From Alphaproteobacteria bacterium (lineage in GTDB: Bacteria > Pseudomonadota > Alphaproteobacteria > MPNO01 > UBA830), in the NCBI GenBank assembly GCA_965243135.1, contig OZ251539.1, forward strand, positions 864,001-928,000: a stretch of DNA of 64,000 nt, given 5' to 3'. How positions within the stretch are numbered: position 1 is the stretch's first letter; every line of letters starts with the position of its first letter. Shown here piece by piece: positions 13,161-23,298 of the stretch. Below the pieces are notes generated by a model, which was not told the origin of the DNA, did not search any database, and worked only from the letters and a program-made list of their open reading frames with translations. A program made the position numbers and the translations under genes.

Positions 13161-14111
13161 ATGGCGGCGAAAGGGCAGGGACCGGCGGGACGGTTCGGGG
13201 CCTGGCTGGCCCGCGAACGGGTTTTCAAGTGGATCCCGTTCGTTCTTGTCGAGGGCACGTTCGTCCTCGTTATCATCGTGCCGTTCCTGCTCACGGTCTA
13301 CATCAGCTTTCTGCGCTGGCGCGCCAACCGGCCGTTCGAACAGGCCTATCTGTCGGGGTTCCGCAACTACGAAGCCGTTCTGAGCGACGCGGGCTTCTGG
13401 GCCGCTTTGGGCCGCACGTTCTACTTCGCCGGCTTCGCGGTCGTTTTCGAACTGATCGTCGGTTTCGTGCTGGCCATGCTGGTCCATCGCGTGACGCGCG
13501 GCCGGCGCTTCTACATCACCGTATTCCTCATTCCGATGATGGTGGTTCCGGTCGTCGTCGGCTACAATTTCTCGATGATCTATCTGGACAGCGGGCCGCT
13601 GAACCAGCTTCTCGCGCCGGTCCTCCAGCTCTTCGACGTCAACCCCCGCATCCGGTGGCTGTCCGATCCGCTCGCCGCGCAGTGGGCGATCATTCTCGCA
13701 GACGTCTGGCAATGGACCTCGCTCACTTTCCTGATATTCCTGTCCGGTTTTTCGGCGCTTCCTCCCCAGCTCGGCAACGCCGCCCGCATCATGGGCGCCA
13801 GTCCGACGCAGATCTTCTTGTGGGTCGAGCTGCCCTTGCTGAAGCCCGCGATCGTCATCGCGATCGTGATCCGGTCGATGGAAGCGCTGAAGCTGTTCGA
13901 CCCGGTCGTCCTCCTGACCTTCGGCGGACCCGGCACTTCGACCCAGACCGTCGCCTACTATCTGTGGGAACAGGTCTGGCAGTTCAACAAGTTCGGCTTC
14001 GGGGCGGCGGCCTCGGTCCTGCTGCTGATCCTGTTCTCGGCGCTGATCTTCTTCGGCATCTATCTGCTTGTCCGCCAGCGTCCCGCCGCCGAACGCGGAG
14101 CGTCGCGATGA
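13161..14111 (+). CDS. CUT1 ABC transporter permease (MalF-like)
   Basis: Multiple TM helices; ADVWQWT, EAA-like NAARIMGA, GGPGTST. Confidence 0.9.
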   Translation: MAAKGQGPAGRFGAWLARERVFKWIPFVLVEGTFVLVIIVPFLLTVYISFLRWRANRPFEQAYLSGFRNYEAVLSDAGFWAALGRTFYFAGFAVVFELIVGFVLAMLVHRVTRGRRFYITVFLIPMMVVPVVVGYNFSMIYLDSGPLNQLLAPVLQLFDVNPRIRWLSDPLAAQWAIILADVWQWTSLTFLIFLSGFSALPPQLGNAARIMGASPTQIFLWVELPLLKPAIVIAIVIRSMEALKLFDPVVLLTFGGPGTSTQTVAYYLWEQVWQFNKFGFGAAASVLLLILFSALIFFGIYLLVRQRPAAERGASR

Positions 14112-15043
14112 AGGGCGACCGCGCGCGCCGCGTCCGCAGGCGGCGCCGCACGGCCGCGGGGCGTCACGCGGTTTTGATCGCCTGGGCGCTCGCCATCATG
14201 TTTCCCATCTACTGGATGGTGCAGACTTCCTTCAAGGACTCCGGAGAATGGGTGACATGGCCGCCGCACTGGCTGCCGCACGACCCGACGCTGAAGAACT
14301 ACGACCAGATATTCGCGGTCGACGTTTCCCGCGCCGGGGTCGCGCGCGAGGCGACGGAACAACCTTTCAACATCTGGGGATCCCTGGCGGATTCGCTCCT
14401 GATCTGCACGATATCGTCGCTCGCCGCGCTGTTCATGGGCGCGTTCCTCGCCTACGCGATCTCGCGGTTCGGAGTCGGCGGGCGGCAGTTCCGCCACATG
14501 GTGCTGACGATCCGGATGATCCCCCCGATCGTGATCGCCATTCCGCTGCTGATGTACTACGCGATCATGATACCGATCGGGACGGAGGCGATTCTCGGAA
14601 CCCGGATCAGCCTGTTCGACACGCGCACCGGCATGAGCCTGCTGTACATAACCATCACGCTGCCGTTCGTGATCTGGATGATGCTGAGTTTCATCGACGA
14701 GGTTCCCTACACGCTCGAGCACGCCGCCAGAATCATGGGCGCCGGCCGGCTGTACACGCTGCGGCGGGTGGTGCTTCCTCTGGTGGCTTCGGGCATGGTC
14801 GTCACCTTTCTGTTCGTGTTCATTTTGAACTGGGCCGAGTTCCTGCTGGCGCTGACGTTGACCCATCCGGACGTCGCGACGTTGCCCGTCCTTCTGAACA
14901 AGTTTCAGAGCGCGTCCGAAGGCCGCCTCTACGGTCCCCAGGCCGCGATCGGCACCGTCATCACGATTCCGGTGGTCGTTCTCGGCGTCCTGATCCAGAA
15001 GCATCTGATCAGGGGCTTCAGTTTCGGCACGATCAGGAAATAG
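14108..15043 (+). CDS. CUT1 ABC transporter permease (MalG-like)
   Basis: ATGA overlap; FPIYWMVQTSFK, LEHAARIMGA and FILNWAEF. Confidence 0.9.
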   Translation: MKGDRARRVRRRRRTAAGRHAVLIAWALAIMFPIYWMVQTSFKDSGEWVTWPPHWLPHDPTLKNYDQIFAVDVSRAGVAREATEQPFNIWGSLADSLLICTISSLAALFMGAFLAYAISRFGVGGRQFRHMVLTIRMIPPIVIAIPLLMYYAIMIPIGTEAILGTRISLFDTRTGMSLLYITITLPFVIWMMLSFIDEVPYTLEHAARIMGAGRLYTLRRVVLPLVASGMVVTFLFVFILNWAEFLLALTLTHPDVATLPVLLNKFQSASEGRLYGPQAAIGTVITIPVVVLGVLIQKHLIRGFSFGTIRK

Positions 15044-15053
15044 GAGAAGCGCC

Positions 15054-16112
15054 GTGGCGGGAATCAGACTCGACGGGGTAGTCAAGGCGTTCGGCGATTT
15101 CGTGGCCGTGAAGGGCGTCAGCCTGGACGTGCGGGACGGGGAATTCCTGATCATGGTGGGACCGTCGGGCTGCGGCAAGACCACGACCCTCAACATGATT
15201 TCCGGACTCGAAACCCCGACGAGCGGCGAGATCGCGATCGGCGACCGGATCGTGAACGACGTGGAGCCGGGCGAGCGCGGGCTGGGAATGGTGTTCCAGG
15301 ACCTCGCCCTGTTTCCCCATATGACGGTATTCGAAAACATCGCCTTCGGCCTGCGCGCCAGAAGGAGGCCGGTCGACGAGATCGACCGGCGCGTGCGCGC
15401 CGCGGCCGACGCCATGCACATCCTGCCCTTGCTCGACAAGCGGCCCGCCCAGTGCTCGGGCGGCGAGGCGCAGCGCGTCGCGCTGGCCCGGACCATCGTT
15501 CACGACCCGGCCGTGTTCCTGATGGACGAGCCGCTGTCCAGCCTCGACGCGAAACTGCGGGTCGACATGCGCACCGAACTCAAGGCGCTTCACGAGCGGC
15601 TCGGCGCGACCTTCGTCTACGTGACCCACGACCAGGCAGAAGCGATGACCATGGCCGACCGGATCGTCGTCATGAACGGCGGCCGGATCGAGCAGCTCGG
15701 CGGTCCCCTCGACATCTATCGCAAGCCGGCCAGCCGCTTCGTCGCCGGGTTCTTCGGAATGCCGACCATGAATTTTCTGGACGGAGACATCGCCGCGGAG
15801 AACGGCGCGCCGGTCTTCGCGGGCGAGCGGATCAGAAGCCCGCTGGCCGCGGACTTGCCCGGAAGCCTGGCCGGCCGCAAGGTGACCCTTGGCGTGCGCT
15901 CGGAGCACGTGGTCGCCGGTCCGACGACCGGCGAGGTTCGCCTGATCGAGCCGCTCGGCGATTCCACGCTCGTCTTCTTCGACTGCGGGACGCGTCTCGT
16001 CGCGAAAGTGGATCCGGACAGTTCGTTGCGTCCGGGCGACGAGTTCGACTTCGGGTTCGACCCCGCGAACTGCCATCTGTTCGATCGCGGCAGCGGCGAA
16101 AGGCTGAACTGA
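15054..16112 (+). CDS. ABC transporter ATP-binding protein (MalK/UgpC-like)
   Basis: GPSGCGKTT, CSGGEAQR, LMDEPL, VTHDQAEA and a TOBE-like C-terminus. Confidence 0.93.
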   Translation: MAGIRLDGVVKAFGDFVAVKGVSLDVRDGEFLIMVGPSGCGKTTTLNMISGLETPTSGEIAIGDRIVNDVEPGERGLGMVFQDLALFPHMTVFENIAFGLRARRRPVDEIDRRVRAAADAMHILPLLDKRPAQCSGGEAQRVALARTIVHDPAVFLMDEPLSSLDAKLRVDMRTELKALHERLGATFVYVTHDQAEAMTMADRIVVMNGGRIEQLGGPLDIYRKPASRFVAGFFGMPTMNFLDGDIAAENGAPVFAGERIRSPLAADLPGSLAGRKVTLGVRSEHVVAGPTTGEVRLIEPLGDSTLVFFDCGTRLVAKVDPDSSLRPGDEFDFGFDPANCHLFDRGSGERLN

Positions 16113-16117
16113 CGAAT

Positions 16118-17188
16118 TCAGGCCGCGGGCGGCCTGCCGCGCCAGGCGTCTTCGAGCAGATCCCGGATCGCGTCGCGCTCGTAGGCCCGGCGATTGAAAT
16201 ACCGGTCGATCATGGCCTTGTCCGCGGCCTCGTCGAGCGCCCGGTAGGGCAGGCCCAAATCCTTCAGGCCGGTCGCCGCGCCGCTGCGCTCCAGCAGCCG
16301 GAAGAGGGCGTCCGGCGCGTCCGGGGCCCCGAGGGCGCGGGCGATTCTCCGCATCGCCTCAGGAGCGGCGGCGCGATTGTAGGCGGTGGAATGCGGCAGA
16401 ACGACGGCGTGCGTCGGTCCGTGCGGAAGGCCGTGCCCCGTTCCGAGAACGTGAACGATCTTGTGATGGATGGTCGTGCCGGCCGACATCACCGTGAGGC
16501 CGCACAGCCACGATCCGTAAAGCGCCCGCCCGCGCGCCTCCACGTTCGCCGGATCTTCGGAGATGCCGGCCAGCGCCGACGACATCGCGGCGATTCCCGC
16601 CTCGGCGAACAGCTCGGCGACGGGATTGGCGCGTTCGCCGAGAAAGGAGCCGACAGCGTGCGAGATCGCGTTGAAACCGCTGGGAATCGATACGTCGAGG
16701 GGGAGGTCCACCGTCAGTTCGGGGTCGTAGATCAGGCACTTCGGCAGCATTCGCATGGACCGGTAGTTGGTCCGGACGCCGTCGCGGCCGACGATGCCCT
16801 GCAGCGCCGTCGTTTCGGAACCGGAATAGGTCGTGGCGATGCCGACGATGGGAATGTCGAGTTCGAGGGCGATCGCCTTCGCGAGACCGACGGAGGAGCC
16901 GCCGCCGAAGGAAATCAGGCAATCGGCCCCCAGATTCGCCGCCGCTTTCCGGCCTGTTTCGACGGCCTCCAGGGGCACGAAGATCGCGGCCTTGTCGCAG
17001 ATGCCGGCGATTCGGTCTCCTGCTTCGCGCGCCAGCGTCTCGACCGCGGCGCGGCGGCGGGACGTGCAGCAGAACATCGCGCGCCGGGCGCCGATCCGAT
17101 CAAGTTCGTCGCCGAGCGCTCCCACGCAGCCGGCGCCGTGAAGAACGCGGTAAGGCAGACCCGAATAAGTGAACGGGGGAACCATCAT
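16118..17188 (-). CDS. Maleylacetate reductase (Fe-containing alcohol dehydrogenase family)
   Basis: GGGSSVGLAKA, TTYSGSE, NAISHAV, HHKIVHVLG and LPHGPTHAVVLPH. Confidence 0.88.
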   Translation of the reverse strand: MMVPPFTYSGLPYRVLHGAGCVGALGDELDRIGARRAMFCCTSRRRAAVETLAREAGDRIAGICDKAAIFVPLEAVETGRKAAANLGADCLISFGGGSSVGLAKAIALELDIPIVGIATTYSGSETTALQGIVGRDGVRTNYRSMRMLPKCLIYDPELTVDLPLDVSIPSGFNAISHAVGSFLGERANPVAELFAEAGIAAMSSALAGISEDPANVEARGRALYGSWLCGLTVMSAGTTIHHKIVHVLGTGHGLPHGPTHAVVLPHSTAYNRAAAPEAMRRIARALGAPDAPDALFRLLERSGAATGLKDLGLPYRALDEAADKAMIDRYFNRRAYERDAIRDLLEDAWRGRPPAA

Positions 17189-17279
17189 TCGTCGCTCGCC
17201 GGCTGGAGCCGGTCCGCGCGTTGCGGCGGCGGCTGGACGTGTCACAATATCCCGGCTTCACGGCAATCGGAAGGTCGGA

Positions 17280-17672
17280 ATGGACAGGATCGAATCGGAG
17301 TTCGTCGTAAACAGGGCCAAGGACAATCCGTTCGTCGCCGGCGGGCTGAGGACGTATCGCGAATATCGCGACCTCGGCATCGGAAAGGCGACCGGCGGGC
17401 GGGTGCACGCTCATGTCATTCGCACCACGAAGCCCTGTCCGGAAGGGGGGAGCGGGCTTCATTATCACGATGTCGAGTTCCAGATGGTGATGGTGCTGCG
17501 CGGGACCTCCACCGTCTGGTTCGAGGGGCAGGGCGAAGTGACTTTCGAGGCCGGAGACTGCTGGATTCAGCCGCCCCGGATCCGGCACAACGTTCTCCAT
17601 TACTCGGACGATTACGAGGTGCTCGAGATCACGCTTCCCGAGGAATACGAGACAGTGCGACTCGAAGCCTGA
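17280..17672 (+). CDS. Cupin domain protein
   Basis: HYHDVEFQ...GDCWIQPPRIRH cupin motifs. Confidence 0.85.
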   Translation: MDRIESEFVVNRAKDNPFVAGGLRTYREYRDLGIGKATGGRVHAHVIRTTKPCPEGGSGLHYHDVEFQMVMVLRGTSTVWFEGQGEVTFEAGDCWIQPPRIRHNVLHYSDDYEVLEITLPEEYETVRLEA

Positions 17673-17775
17673 CGGGCCGCCGAGTCTTGCATCGTTCACG
17701 GACTACGTTTACACATGCGAGCAGAATCTTGGCGAGGGTTCCGAAGATGACTGGAAGCACTGACCGCATAATGTT

Positions 17776-17794
17776 CCCCCCCCCCCCCCCCCCC
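17776..17794 (+). repeat. C19 homopolymer tract upstream of the autotransporter
   Basis: ATGTT followed by 19 C; by far the longest homopolymer seen in the window. Confidence 0.95.
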
Positions 17795-17891
17795 GCATGC
17801 GCGGTTCCGGAGGCCCGCGCTCCGGAAGCGGCGAAGCCCGGCCGCTCGGGCCAGGCCTCCTTCTCCGGCCCGTCCTCCCGGGCGAAGGCGC

Positions 17892-20800
17892 ATGACGCGG
17901 CGGGAGCGTTCGTTTCCGGCGCGCTGGGCGCTGCTCGCGGCGGCGGCGCTGCTCCTCGCGCCGGGGGAGGCGCGGGCGGTGTCGGAATGCGGGTCGGCGA
18001 TCCACCTCCCCATCACCTGCACGGACACGTCGTATCCCGACGGCATCTTCTACGGAGGGTCGGACGATAACAACCATCCGCGGGGCAACGGTCCAATCAA
18101 CGTCGCGGGCAGCAGCACCGCGACGACCACCATCACGAGCACCTCGAGGATGGTCGTCTCGGGCGGGACCACGACGACCTCGCCGTCGGTCGGCATCTAC
18201 GTGTACGGCCTCGGGGGCTCGCGTCAGTGGAACGATCTCAACGTCGGGGTCACCGTCGACTCGATGGGCGAGATGACGGACGCCGGCCACGTCGTGAACA
18301 TCGTCCAGGGGACGAGCACGAACAACGCCGCCGACCGGAACAACGGCATCTACTTCCAACACCGAAACCAGATGGGGGACTCGACGGTGAGGGTGGGACG
18401 CGGGGTGACCATCGGCTCGGAGACCACCCCGATGCAGCAGAACGGCATCTTCTACCATCCGCGCGGCCTCTCCTCCTGGGGCGCCGGCAAGGCCACCCTC
18501 ATCAGCGCGGCGACGATCTTCGCCGCCAAGCAGGGCATCCGGCTCTTCAGGAATCCCTCGAACGTCTACCATCCCTCCTTCATGCGCATCAGCGACACGA
18601 GCATCACGAACAGCGGCGCCATCCGCTCGGGGGAGGAGGGCGTCTATCTGTATTTCGCCGGACCCGCCGGGGGGGCCATCCACCTCGGCGACGCGACCAT
18701 CACCAACACCGGCGCCATCACGGTGTCGGGCGCGAAATACGGCATCTTCATGGACTACCGGGGCTACGGCGCCACCGAGATCGACAACGCGGGGACCATC
18801 GCCGCGGCGACGGGGTCGGGCATCCATCTCGCCCATAACAACAACGGCGCCGCCACGCTGACGAACCGCGGCGCCGTCGACGCGGCCACCGTCGGCCTCC
18901 GGCTTGGCAAGTACAACGGCGCGGGCACGGTCACGTTCACGAACAGCGGCCGCGTCACGGTGACGGCCGACGCGGCGGCGGGCGTCGGGCACGCCCTCTG
19001 GCTGTGGGAGGGCGGCCTCGCCACCGGCGGCCCCGCCACGATCACCAACCGCGGCGTCCTGAGCTCGGAGAACCACGCCCTCTTCGCGGAGATAAGCCCG
19101 GCGAACGCGGCCGCCCTCACGCTCACGAACTCCGGCGCCGTCGCGTCGGAGGACGGGGACGGCATCCGGCTCGCGCGGGGCGTCGAGGGCGACGTCACGT
19201 TCGCGAACGGCGGCACGTCCACGACCGGCGGCGACGTCTCGGGGCGGTGGCACGGCGTCTACGTCGGCAAGGCGGCGCGGATCGACTTCGACCAGACGGC
19301 GGGGACGATTTCGGGCCGCACGGGCGTCTACCTCGAGGTCACGCGCGAAAACGCGATGGGCGATACGCGCACCGAGGACGCCGACGGGAATCACGTGCCT
19401 GCGATCGACGTCGACTGGACGAGAGGAAGCATCGCGCGCGGGACGGCGGAGAACGACCGGGGCCGCTTCCGGGCGGCGACCGCCGAGCAAGCGCTCTCCT
19501 TCGACCAGGAGTCGGCGGCCGGGAAGGCCCTCGAGGGGACGCTCCACTACGGCGGGCCGGCGGGGATCGAGGTCCACGCCCTGTCCTGGCGCGACGTGGC
19601 GGCGCAGGTGGCGAAGGGCGACGACCCGGGCGCGTTCGCGGACAACGCGGCGCAGATGGCGGCCGTGCCGACGGGCGCCACCGCCAGCAACAACGACTAC
19701 GTCAAGCAGTTCCGGGCGGCGCTCGAAAACGCGGACCTCGCGGTCGCGACGCCGGTCCTCACCGCCATCGGGACCACCGCCACGACCGCCGTGTCCCAAC
19801 TGACCGACACGCAGATCGTGACGTATCTCCAGACGAACGACGCCGACACCAGAATCCTGCTGCGTAACGTCCTGGCGCAGGGCCTCTCGGACAAGGAGAA
19901 GGCAGTGCTGCGGGCGGTGGCGACGGGCGACGCCACGGCCCTCACCAGCGCGCTCAACGACGCGGACGCGGGCTTCCCCAGCGATTACAAGGCGGCGGTG
20001 CAGGCGCTGCTGGAGCGCTACAACGTCGACGACATCCGCATCGCCATGACGGCCGGCTCCATCGACTCGCGCGGCGACGGCATCCGCGCCTACTACGCGA
20101 CGCCCCACGACGACAACGGGGCCATCAGCGTCACCGTCGCCGACGGCGTAACCGTCATCGGCGCCGTTGCGGGCATCTACGCCGCCAACGCGGGCGCCAT
20201 GGGAACCGGTAACGACCGCATCCTGAAGCAGACCGTGACGGTGAACGGCACGGTGACGGGCGGGACGGACGCGGCCGTTTATCTCGCGGGCGGCGGCACG
20301 CTGACCGTCGGCGAGACGGGCAAGGTGCACGCCGGCTCTTCGGGCCGGGCAATCCGGGCCGGCGGGCGGGCGGTCGTTCGCATCGACGGCGAGGTGCGCG
20401 GCGGCCACGGCGACGCGGCGCCTGCGGTGCATCTGGAGGGCGGCGGCAGCAGGCTGACGGTCGGCCCGACGGGACGCGTGGCGCTCAATGACGGGGCCGC
20501 GCTCGCGATCCAGCGCGACGGCACGGAGACCGAGTTGATCGTGGTCCAGGATCCCGACCTCGCCCTCGAAGGCGGCGGGTTCACGCGGACGAGCGTCGAA
20601 GACGCGATCGAGCGGCTGGGCGGCACCGTCGGCGGCGAGGGAGACGGCGACATCGAGGTCGCCGCGGGGGAGCCGCGCCCGCCGAACATCCCCAGCGTAG
20701 TTTTAACTCTCCCTGAGGACGGAACCGCTCTGAAACCCGATAATTCCAGGTACGGCGAGTTGCCGGCGGCAAGGGACCTGGATCCGGAAAGCGGCGATGT

Positions 20801-22928
20801 CGTGAAGGATTTGAACAAGGAGAACGTGCCCGCCATCAAGGTGATCTCGCGAGACGCCTACAACATCGTCGTCAACGTGCCCGCGGGCAGAGGGGTCCGT
20901 TCGACGGGCCACCATGGCATTCACGCCTACTACGCGGCGCTCGGCGAGAACAACGGGTCCATCAGCGTCACCGTCGCCGCTGGCGCGACCGTCAGCGGCG
21001 GCATGGCGGGGATCTACCTCGCCAACGCGGGCGGCGACGTCACGGTCGAGAGCGCCGGGACCGTCGGGGCGGGAACCGACGGCATCCGGGTCGTCAAGCC
21101 GGGGACCTCGGGCGACATCGCCATCACCGCCGCCGGCGGCGAGATCGACGCGGACGTCGGCGACGGCATCCGCGCCTACTACGCGACGCCCCACGACGAC
21201 AACGGGGCCATCGAGGTCACCGTGGCCGCGGGAACCAGCGTGACCGGCGGCAGGGCCGGCATCCACGTCGAGAACGCAGGACTGGATGCGGGCGGTCCCG
21301 GGACGGCCGACGACCTCCTGAAGCAGACCGTCACGGTGAACGGCACGGTGACGGGCGGGACGGACGCGGCCGTTCATCTGGTCGGCGGCGGCACGTTGGA
21401 GATCGGCGAGATGGGCAAGGTGCACGCCGGGTCTTCGGGCCGGGCGATCCTGGTCAACGATCCCGGACGGTCGGTGATCCGGATCCATGGCGAGGTGAAG
21501 GGTGGCGCGGGCGCGGACGCGGCAGTGGACGTCTCCGGAGGCGGCAGCATCACCGTCGGCCCGACGGGCAGCGTGAACGCGAACGGGGCGAACTCGGCGA
21601 TCATAGTCAGGCAGGGGACGACCGAGGTGGCGATCTACACCGCCGATGCCGTCGGCGCCATGCTGAACAAGAAAGGCATCCTTGACGCCATAGCAAGGGT
21701 GCGGGGAGGCTTTGACACCGGCGCGGGCGGAACGATCGTCGACAGGGACGGCGACCACCAGGTGACTTATGCCGTCGCCATCGTCGAGACCGATGGCGAT
21801 TTCACCACCGGCAGGTATCTGCCCCTGAATCTCGATAGCGAAGGCGAACCGATAGCCATAGGCGACCCGCGGTTCGAAGGTCTGCGGGACTGTCCTGACG
21901 CCAAGGATAAACTTGAGAACGGCGAATGCGTGCCGGGCGGCAATGGCAACGTGGACGACAACGGCGGCAACGTGGGTGTCCCTGTCGATTGCGCCCGTAT
22001 GGGCGAGAGCTGCCGCCTCTACGAGGCGCTGCCGTCGGCGCTGCTGGCGATGAACGGGCTGCCGACCTACGGGGAGCGCATGGCGGCGGCGCGGGACGGC
22101 AACGGCGGCTGGGCGCGAATCGACGGCGCGAGCGGCGAGTGGAAGGGGAAGAGCTCGACGCCCTCGACGCCGCCGGACGCGGCCTTCGACTACCGACGGT
22201 ACGGCGTGCGGGCGGGGGTGGACTTCGCCGTGGGCAACGACGGGCGGTTCGGCGTGTCGGTGCGCGGGCTGCAGGGCTCTGCGGAGATTGCGGGGGCCGG
22301 CGGCGAGATCGAGCTGTCGGGGGTCGGCGCGGGCGCGCACGGCACGGCGTTCCTCGGCGGCGGCTTCCACGTGGACGCGCAGGCGATGGCGACCTGGTAC
22401 GGCGTCAAGCTGACCGCCAGCCAAAGGGACATACAGGGCGAGATGCGGAAGAGGGTTCTGAAGGACGGCGCGAAGGCTCTGGGGCTGGCCCTCCGCGTCG
22501 AGGTCGGGCGGCGGACGGACATGGGCGGCGGTCTGACCGTGACGCCCGGCGCCGGCCTCTCCTGGTCCGAGGTGGACCTGAGCTTCGCGAGAAGCGTCAA
22601 CGAGCGCGTGTCGGTGGAGGACGCGCGGAGCCTCGTGGGCCGCGCCGGGTTGCGCGTCGAGATGGAGGACGGATTCCGGCTGTTCGGCTCGGTGGAGGCC
22701 ACCCACGAGTTCTCGGACAGGAGGTCGGCGCGGATCTCGGGGGCGCAGGTGGCATCGACGCCGCTGAGCGCGACCGAGGCGGAGAAGACGGGGTTCCGCC
22801 TCGGGGCCGGCGGCGCGCGCAGCTGGGAGGACGGGCGCTACGCGCTGCGTGCCTCCGCCGGATACGCCGCCCGCGGCATCGGCAACGGCGAATTCGACGG
22901 CGGAATCAGCCTCGCGATGCGCTTCTGA
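17892..22928 (+). CDS. Large autotransporter (type Va), adhesin-like, 1678 aa
   Basis: Signal peptide ending ARA; Gly/Thr/Asn-rich beta-helix repeats (ITNSGAI, ITNTGAI); roughly 300-aa C-terminal beta-barrel ending ISLAMRF. Confidence 0.88.
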   Translation: MTRRERSFPARWALLAAAALLLAPGEARAVSECGSAIHLPITCTDTSYPDGIFYGGSDDNNHPRGNGPINVAGSSTATTTITSTSRMVVSGGTTTTSPSVGIYVYGLGGSRQWNDLNVGVTVDSMGEMTDAGHVVNIVQGTSTNNAADRNNGIYFQHRNQMGDSTVRVGRGVTIGSETTPMQQNGIFYHPRGLSSWGAGKATLISAATIFAAKQGIRLFRNPSNVYHPSFMRISDTSITNSGAIRSGEEGVYLYFAGPAGGAIHLGDATITNTGAITVSGAKYGIFMDYRGYGATEIDNAGTIAAATGSGIHLAHNNNGAATLTNRGAVDAATVGLRLGKYNGAGTVTFTNSGRVTVTADAAAGVGHALWLWEGGLATGGPATITNRGVLSSENHALFAEISPANAAALTLTNSGAVASEDGDGIRLARGVEGDVTFANGGTSTTGGDVSGRWHGVYVGKAARIDFDQTAGTISGRTGVYLEVTRENAMGDTRTEDADGNHVPAIDVDWTRGSIARGTAENDRGRFRAATAEQALSFDQESAAGKALEGTLHYGGPAGIEVHALSWRDVAAQVAKGDDPGAFADNAAQMAAVPTGATASNNDYVKQFRAALENADLAVATPVLTAIGTTATTAVSQLTDTQIVTYLQTNDADTRILLRNVLAQGLSDKEKAVLRAVATGDATALTSALNDADAGFPSDYKAAVQALLERYNVDDIRIAMTAGSIDSRGDGIRAYYATPHDDNGAISVTVADGVTVIGAVAGIYAANAGAMGTGNDRILKQTVTVNGTVTGGTDAAVYLAGGGTLTVGETGKVHAGSSGRAIRAGGRAVVRIDGEVRGGHGDAAPAVHLEGGGSRLTVGPTGRVALNDGAALAIQRDGTETELIVVQDPDLALEGGGFTRTSVEDAIERLGGTVGGEGDGDIEVAAGEPRPPNIPSVVLTLPEDGTALKPDNSRYGELPAARDLDPESGDVVKDLNKENVPAIKVISRDAYNIVVNVPAGRGVRSTGHHGIHAYYAALGENNGSISVTVAAGATVSGGMAGIYLANAGGDVTVESAGTVGAGTDGIRVVKPGTSGDIAITAAGGEIDADVGDGIRAYYATPHDDNGAIEVTVAAGTSVTGGRAGIHVENAGLDAGGPGTADDLLKQTVTVNGTVTGGTDAAVHLVGGGTLEIGEMGKVHAGSSGRAILVNDPGRSVIRIHGEVKGGAGADAAVDVSGGGSITVGPTGSVNANGANSAIIVRQGTTEVAIYTADAVGAMLNKKGILDAIARVRGGFDTGAGGTIVDRDGDHQVTYAVAIVETDGDFTTGRYLPLNLDSEGEPIAIGDPRFEGLRDCPDAKDKLENGECVPGGNGNVDDNGGNVGVPVDCARMGESCRLYEALPSALLAMNGLPTYGERMAAARDGNGGWARIDGASGEWKGKSSTPSTPPDAAFDYRRYGVRAGVDFAVGNDGRFGVSVRGLQGSAEIAGAGGEIELSGVGAGAHGTAFLGGGFHVDAQAMATWYGVKLTASQRDIQGEMRKRVLKDGAKALGLALRVEVGRRTDMGGGLTVTPGAGLSWSEVDLSFARSVNERVSVEDARSLVGRAGLRVEMEDGFRLFGSVEATHEFSDRRSARISGAQVASTPLSATEAEKTGFRLGAGGARSWEDGRYALRASAGYAARGIGNGEFDGGISLAMRF
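20072..21450 (+). repeat. Internal direct repeats in the autotransporter passenger
   Basis: 55-bp perfect repeat at 20072-20126 and 21158-21212 (GDGIRAYYATPHDDNGAI). A near-identical ~135-bp repeat at 20221-20355 and 21316-21450 (LKQTVTVNGTVTGGTDAAV...GKVHAGSSGRAI). A degenerate third copy lies near 20915. Confidence 0.9.
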
Positions 22929-23232
22929 AACCGCGGCGGGCCGGCCTCGTTTTGCGCGGACCGGGCGAAAGTTCGCGGTCCGACGAAAACGAAAGAATTC
23001 GCAGCCGGAAACCCGGGAGGCGGGCGACGCCGCCCGGGAAGCGGCGGAGGACGCGGGTATTCCGTCGACGGCGACCGGGGGGCCGGCGCTTCGAAGTTCC
23101 GGGGCGTTGCCCGGTTCTCCCCCGGCTTCGGCGCAGCAGACGGAGCGGCCCGGAAATTCGCGCCGCCTCATGCCGCCGACCGGACGGGCAGCCGACGAAA
23201 AACGGCGCCGCGCAAACGTCTCGAATCGGGTC

Positions 23233-23279
23233 TTGCAATCCGCGCTGCATTGCACTATAATGTCATTGTGCAATGCAGC
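23233..23279 (+). promoter_or_regulatory. Sigma70-type promoter with overlapping 12-bp inverted-repeat operator
   Basis: TTGCAA (23233-38), 17-nt spacer, TATAAT (23256-61). GCTGCATTGCAC (23244-55) and GTGCAATGCAGC (23268-79) are perfect reverse complements. Confidence 0.8.
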
Positions 23280-23298
23280 ATGGAGCGGGTACGGGGTA

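Noticed and set aside
17892-22928. Diversity-generating retroelement acting on the autotransporter
   Set aside because: No reverse transcriptase in the window; both repeat copies are coding and the differences are not adenine-specific.
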